Origin: Synechocystis sp. PCC 6803 substr. PCC-P
GTDB taxonomy: Bacteria; Cyanobacteriota; Cyanobacteriia; Cyanobacteriales; Microcystaceae
Assembly: GCF_000284455.1 (NCBI RefSeq)
Contig: NC_017039.1
Location: 930,001-962,000 of the forward strand
Length of the DNA: 32,000 nucleotides
Direction: 5' to 3'
Part shown: positions 30,411 to 32,000 of the stretch, one piece after another
Position numbering within the stretch: the first letter of the stretch is position 1
Layout of the letters: every line of letters begins with the position of its first letter
Program-made: the position numbers and the translations under genes
The notes under the pieces: model-generated
What the model saw: only the letters and a program-made list of their open reading frames with translations
Told to the model about the DNA's origin: nothing
Database searches by the model: none

Positions 30411-31349
30411 ATGAAAATTGCCAGTAATATTACAGAGCTAATTGGTCGTACTCCTCTGGTTCGCCTCAATCGCATTCCCCTATTGGAGGGATGTGGGGCC
30501 AAGATTGTAGTCAAGTTGGAGGGGATGAATCCAGCGGCTTCGGTAAAGGACCGCATTGGCATTAATATGATTAACCGGGCAGAACAAGAGGGATTAATTG
30601 AACCAGGGAAGACTCTGCTGATTGAGCCCACTTCTGGTAATACGGGCATTGCCCTTGCCATGGTGGCCGCAGCCAAGGGTTACCAATTAATTTTGACGAT
30701 GCCTGAAACCATGAGCCAAGAACGGCGGGCGATGTTAAAAGCCTATGGAGCAAAACTAGAACTGACCCCGGGGAGTGAAGGGATGGGGGGATGTATTAGA
30801 AGAGCCCAAGAATTGGCTGAGAGTTTGCCAAATGCCTATATGTTGCAACAGTTTGATAATCCGGCTAATCCTCAAATTCATCAACAGACTACGGCATTGG
30901 AAATTTGGCAAGATACCGATGGAGCCATTGATTTCCTCGTGGCGGGGGTTGGCACTGGTGGGACTATTACCGGGGTGGCTTCTGTGTTAAAAGAAAAAAA
31001 ACCTAGCTTTCAGGCGATCGCCGTAGAACCCCAAAATAGCCCAGTCTTATCAGGGGGTAAGCCGGGGCCGCATAAAATTCAAGGTATTGGGGCGGGCTTT
31101 ATTCCCGAAGTGTTAGATGTAAACCTGATTGACGAAGTGATTGCCGTGACCGATGAAGAGGCGATCGCCTACGGTCGTAGATTAGCCAGGGAAGAAGGAA
31201 TATTATCGGGGATTTCCACTGGAGCAGCTCTGGCGGCGGCCATCAAAGTGGCAAAAAGACCTGCCAATAAAGATAAATTGATTGTCATGATCCAACCCAG
31301 TTTTGGGGAAAGATACCTCAGCACCCCCCTATTTCAGGATTTGGAGTAA
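30411..31349 (+). CDS. cysK: Cysteine synthase (O-acetylserine sulfhydrylase)
   Basis: ATG at 30411 ([21 protein letters not shown]); [11 protein letters not shown] with PLP lysine, [22 protein letters not shown]. Confidence 0.95.
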   Translation: MKIASNITELIGRTPLVRLNRIPLLEGCGAKIVVKLEGMNPAASVKDRIGINMINRAEQEGLIEPGKTLLIEPTSGNTGIALAMVAAAKGYQLILTMPETMSQERRAMLKAYGAKLELTPGSEGMGGCIRRAQELAESLPNAYMLQQFDNPANPQIHQQTTALEIWQDTDGAIDFLVAGVGTGGTITGVASVLKEKKPSFQAIAVEPQNSPVLSGGKPGPHKIQGIGAGFIPEVLDVNLIDEVIAVTDEEAIAYGRRLAREEGILSGISTGAALAAAIKVAKRPANKDKLIVMIQPSFGERYLSTPLFQDLE

Positions 31350-31455
31350 GAACTGAGAAAGAAATTTTTCCTGAAAACTTTGCCAGAAAAAGAAAACTTT
31401 CGGGAATTGTGAGTTATTTTAAAGCGTAAGTGGCCACACAATACGAGCATTCCCC

Positions 31456-32000
31456 ATGGTAACGCTACTCGAAAATCCCTTCCGCACTGGACTCCGTCAA
31501 GAACGCACTCCAGAACCCCTCATTTTGACCATTTTTGGTGCATCCGGGGACCTTACCCAACGGAAATTGGTGCCAGCCATCTACCAAATGAAACGAGAGC
31601 GCCGCTTGCCTCCAGAGTTAACGGTGGTCGGTTTTGCGAGAAGGGACTGGAGCCACGACCATTTTCGTGAGCAGATGCGTAAGGGCATCGAAGAATTTTC
31701 CACCGGCATTGGCAGTGAAGACCTGTGGAATGAGTTTGCCCAGGGTTTATTCTACTGCTCTGGCAATATGGATGACCCAGAAAGCTATCTCAAATTGAAA
31801 AACTTCCTGGGGGAATTGGATGAAAAACGTAACACCAGAGGCAATCGAGTCTTTTATTTAGCTGTTTCCCCCAACTTCTTTCCCCCGGGTATTAAACAAT
31901 TGGGGGCAGCGGGTATGCTGAGTGACCCGGTTAAAAGTCGCATTGTGATCGAAAAGCCCTTTGGTCGGGATTTGAGTTCAGCCCAAAGCTTGAACCGGGT
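31456..32000 (+). CDS. zwf: Glucose-6-phosphate 1-dehydrogenase, 5' part (runs off right edge)
   Basis: ATG at 31456: [45 protein letters not shown]...[20 protein letters not shown]; absent from the ORF track because it is open at the edge. Confidence 0.95.

Noticed and set aside
1-32000. CRISPR arrays, insertion sequences, integrases, rRNA or tRNA genes
   Set aside because: Scanned for repeated spacers, transposase-like proteins and terminal repeats and for tRNA-like ends; none seen. Reading by eye could miss a short or degenerate case.

Overview
The window is ordinary chromosomal cyanobacterial DNA. From protein content and gene order I recognise it as Synechocystis sp. PCC 6803 or a very close relative; this is from memory, no search was run. 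Left to right it contains:
- an FtsH-like peptidase without an AAA domain
- a Tic20/Ycf60-like membrane protein
- a 2Fe-2S ferredoxin
- phaE-phaC (class III PHA synthase)
- the inducible CO2-uptake NDH-1 operon ndhF3-ndhD3-cupA-cupS (minus strand)
- a degenerate Nudix-like protein
- psaA-psaB
- a five-gene minus-strand cluster (APH-like kinase, ABC exporter, three glycosyltransferases)
- an OmpR-type regulator (manR)
- pdhB
- carboxysome shell genes ccmK3-ccmK4
- glycerate kinase
- an SLH/OprB-like porin
- cysK
- the 5' part of zwf

I found no CRISPR array, transposase, rRNA or tRNA. The most interesting features are non-coding: the psaA leader (near-match HLR1 element, G9 tract, 18-codon upstream ORF overlapping a stem-loop), inverted repeats between psaA and psaB, short tandem repeats at gene boundaries, and dense HIP1 palindromes. 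The poorly characterised proteins worth following up are the standalone FtsH-like peptidase, a membrane zinc-ribbon protein, the Nudix protein lacking its catalytic EE, and the glycoconjugate/export cluster. I do not see convincing evidence for a wholly new biological system.
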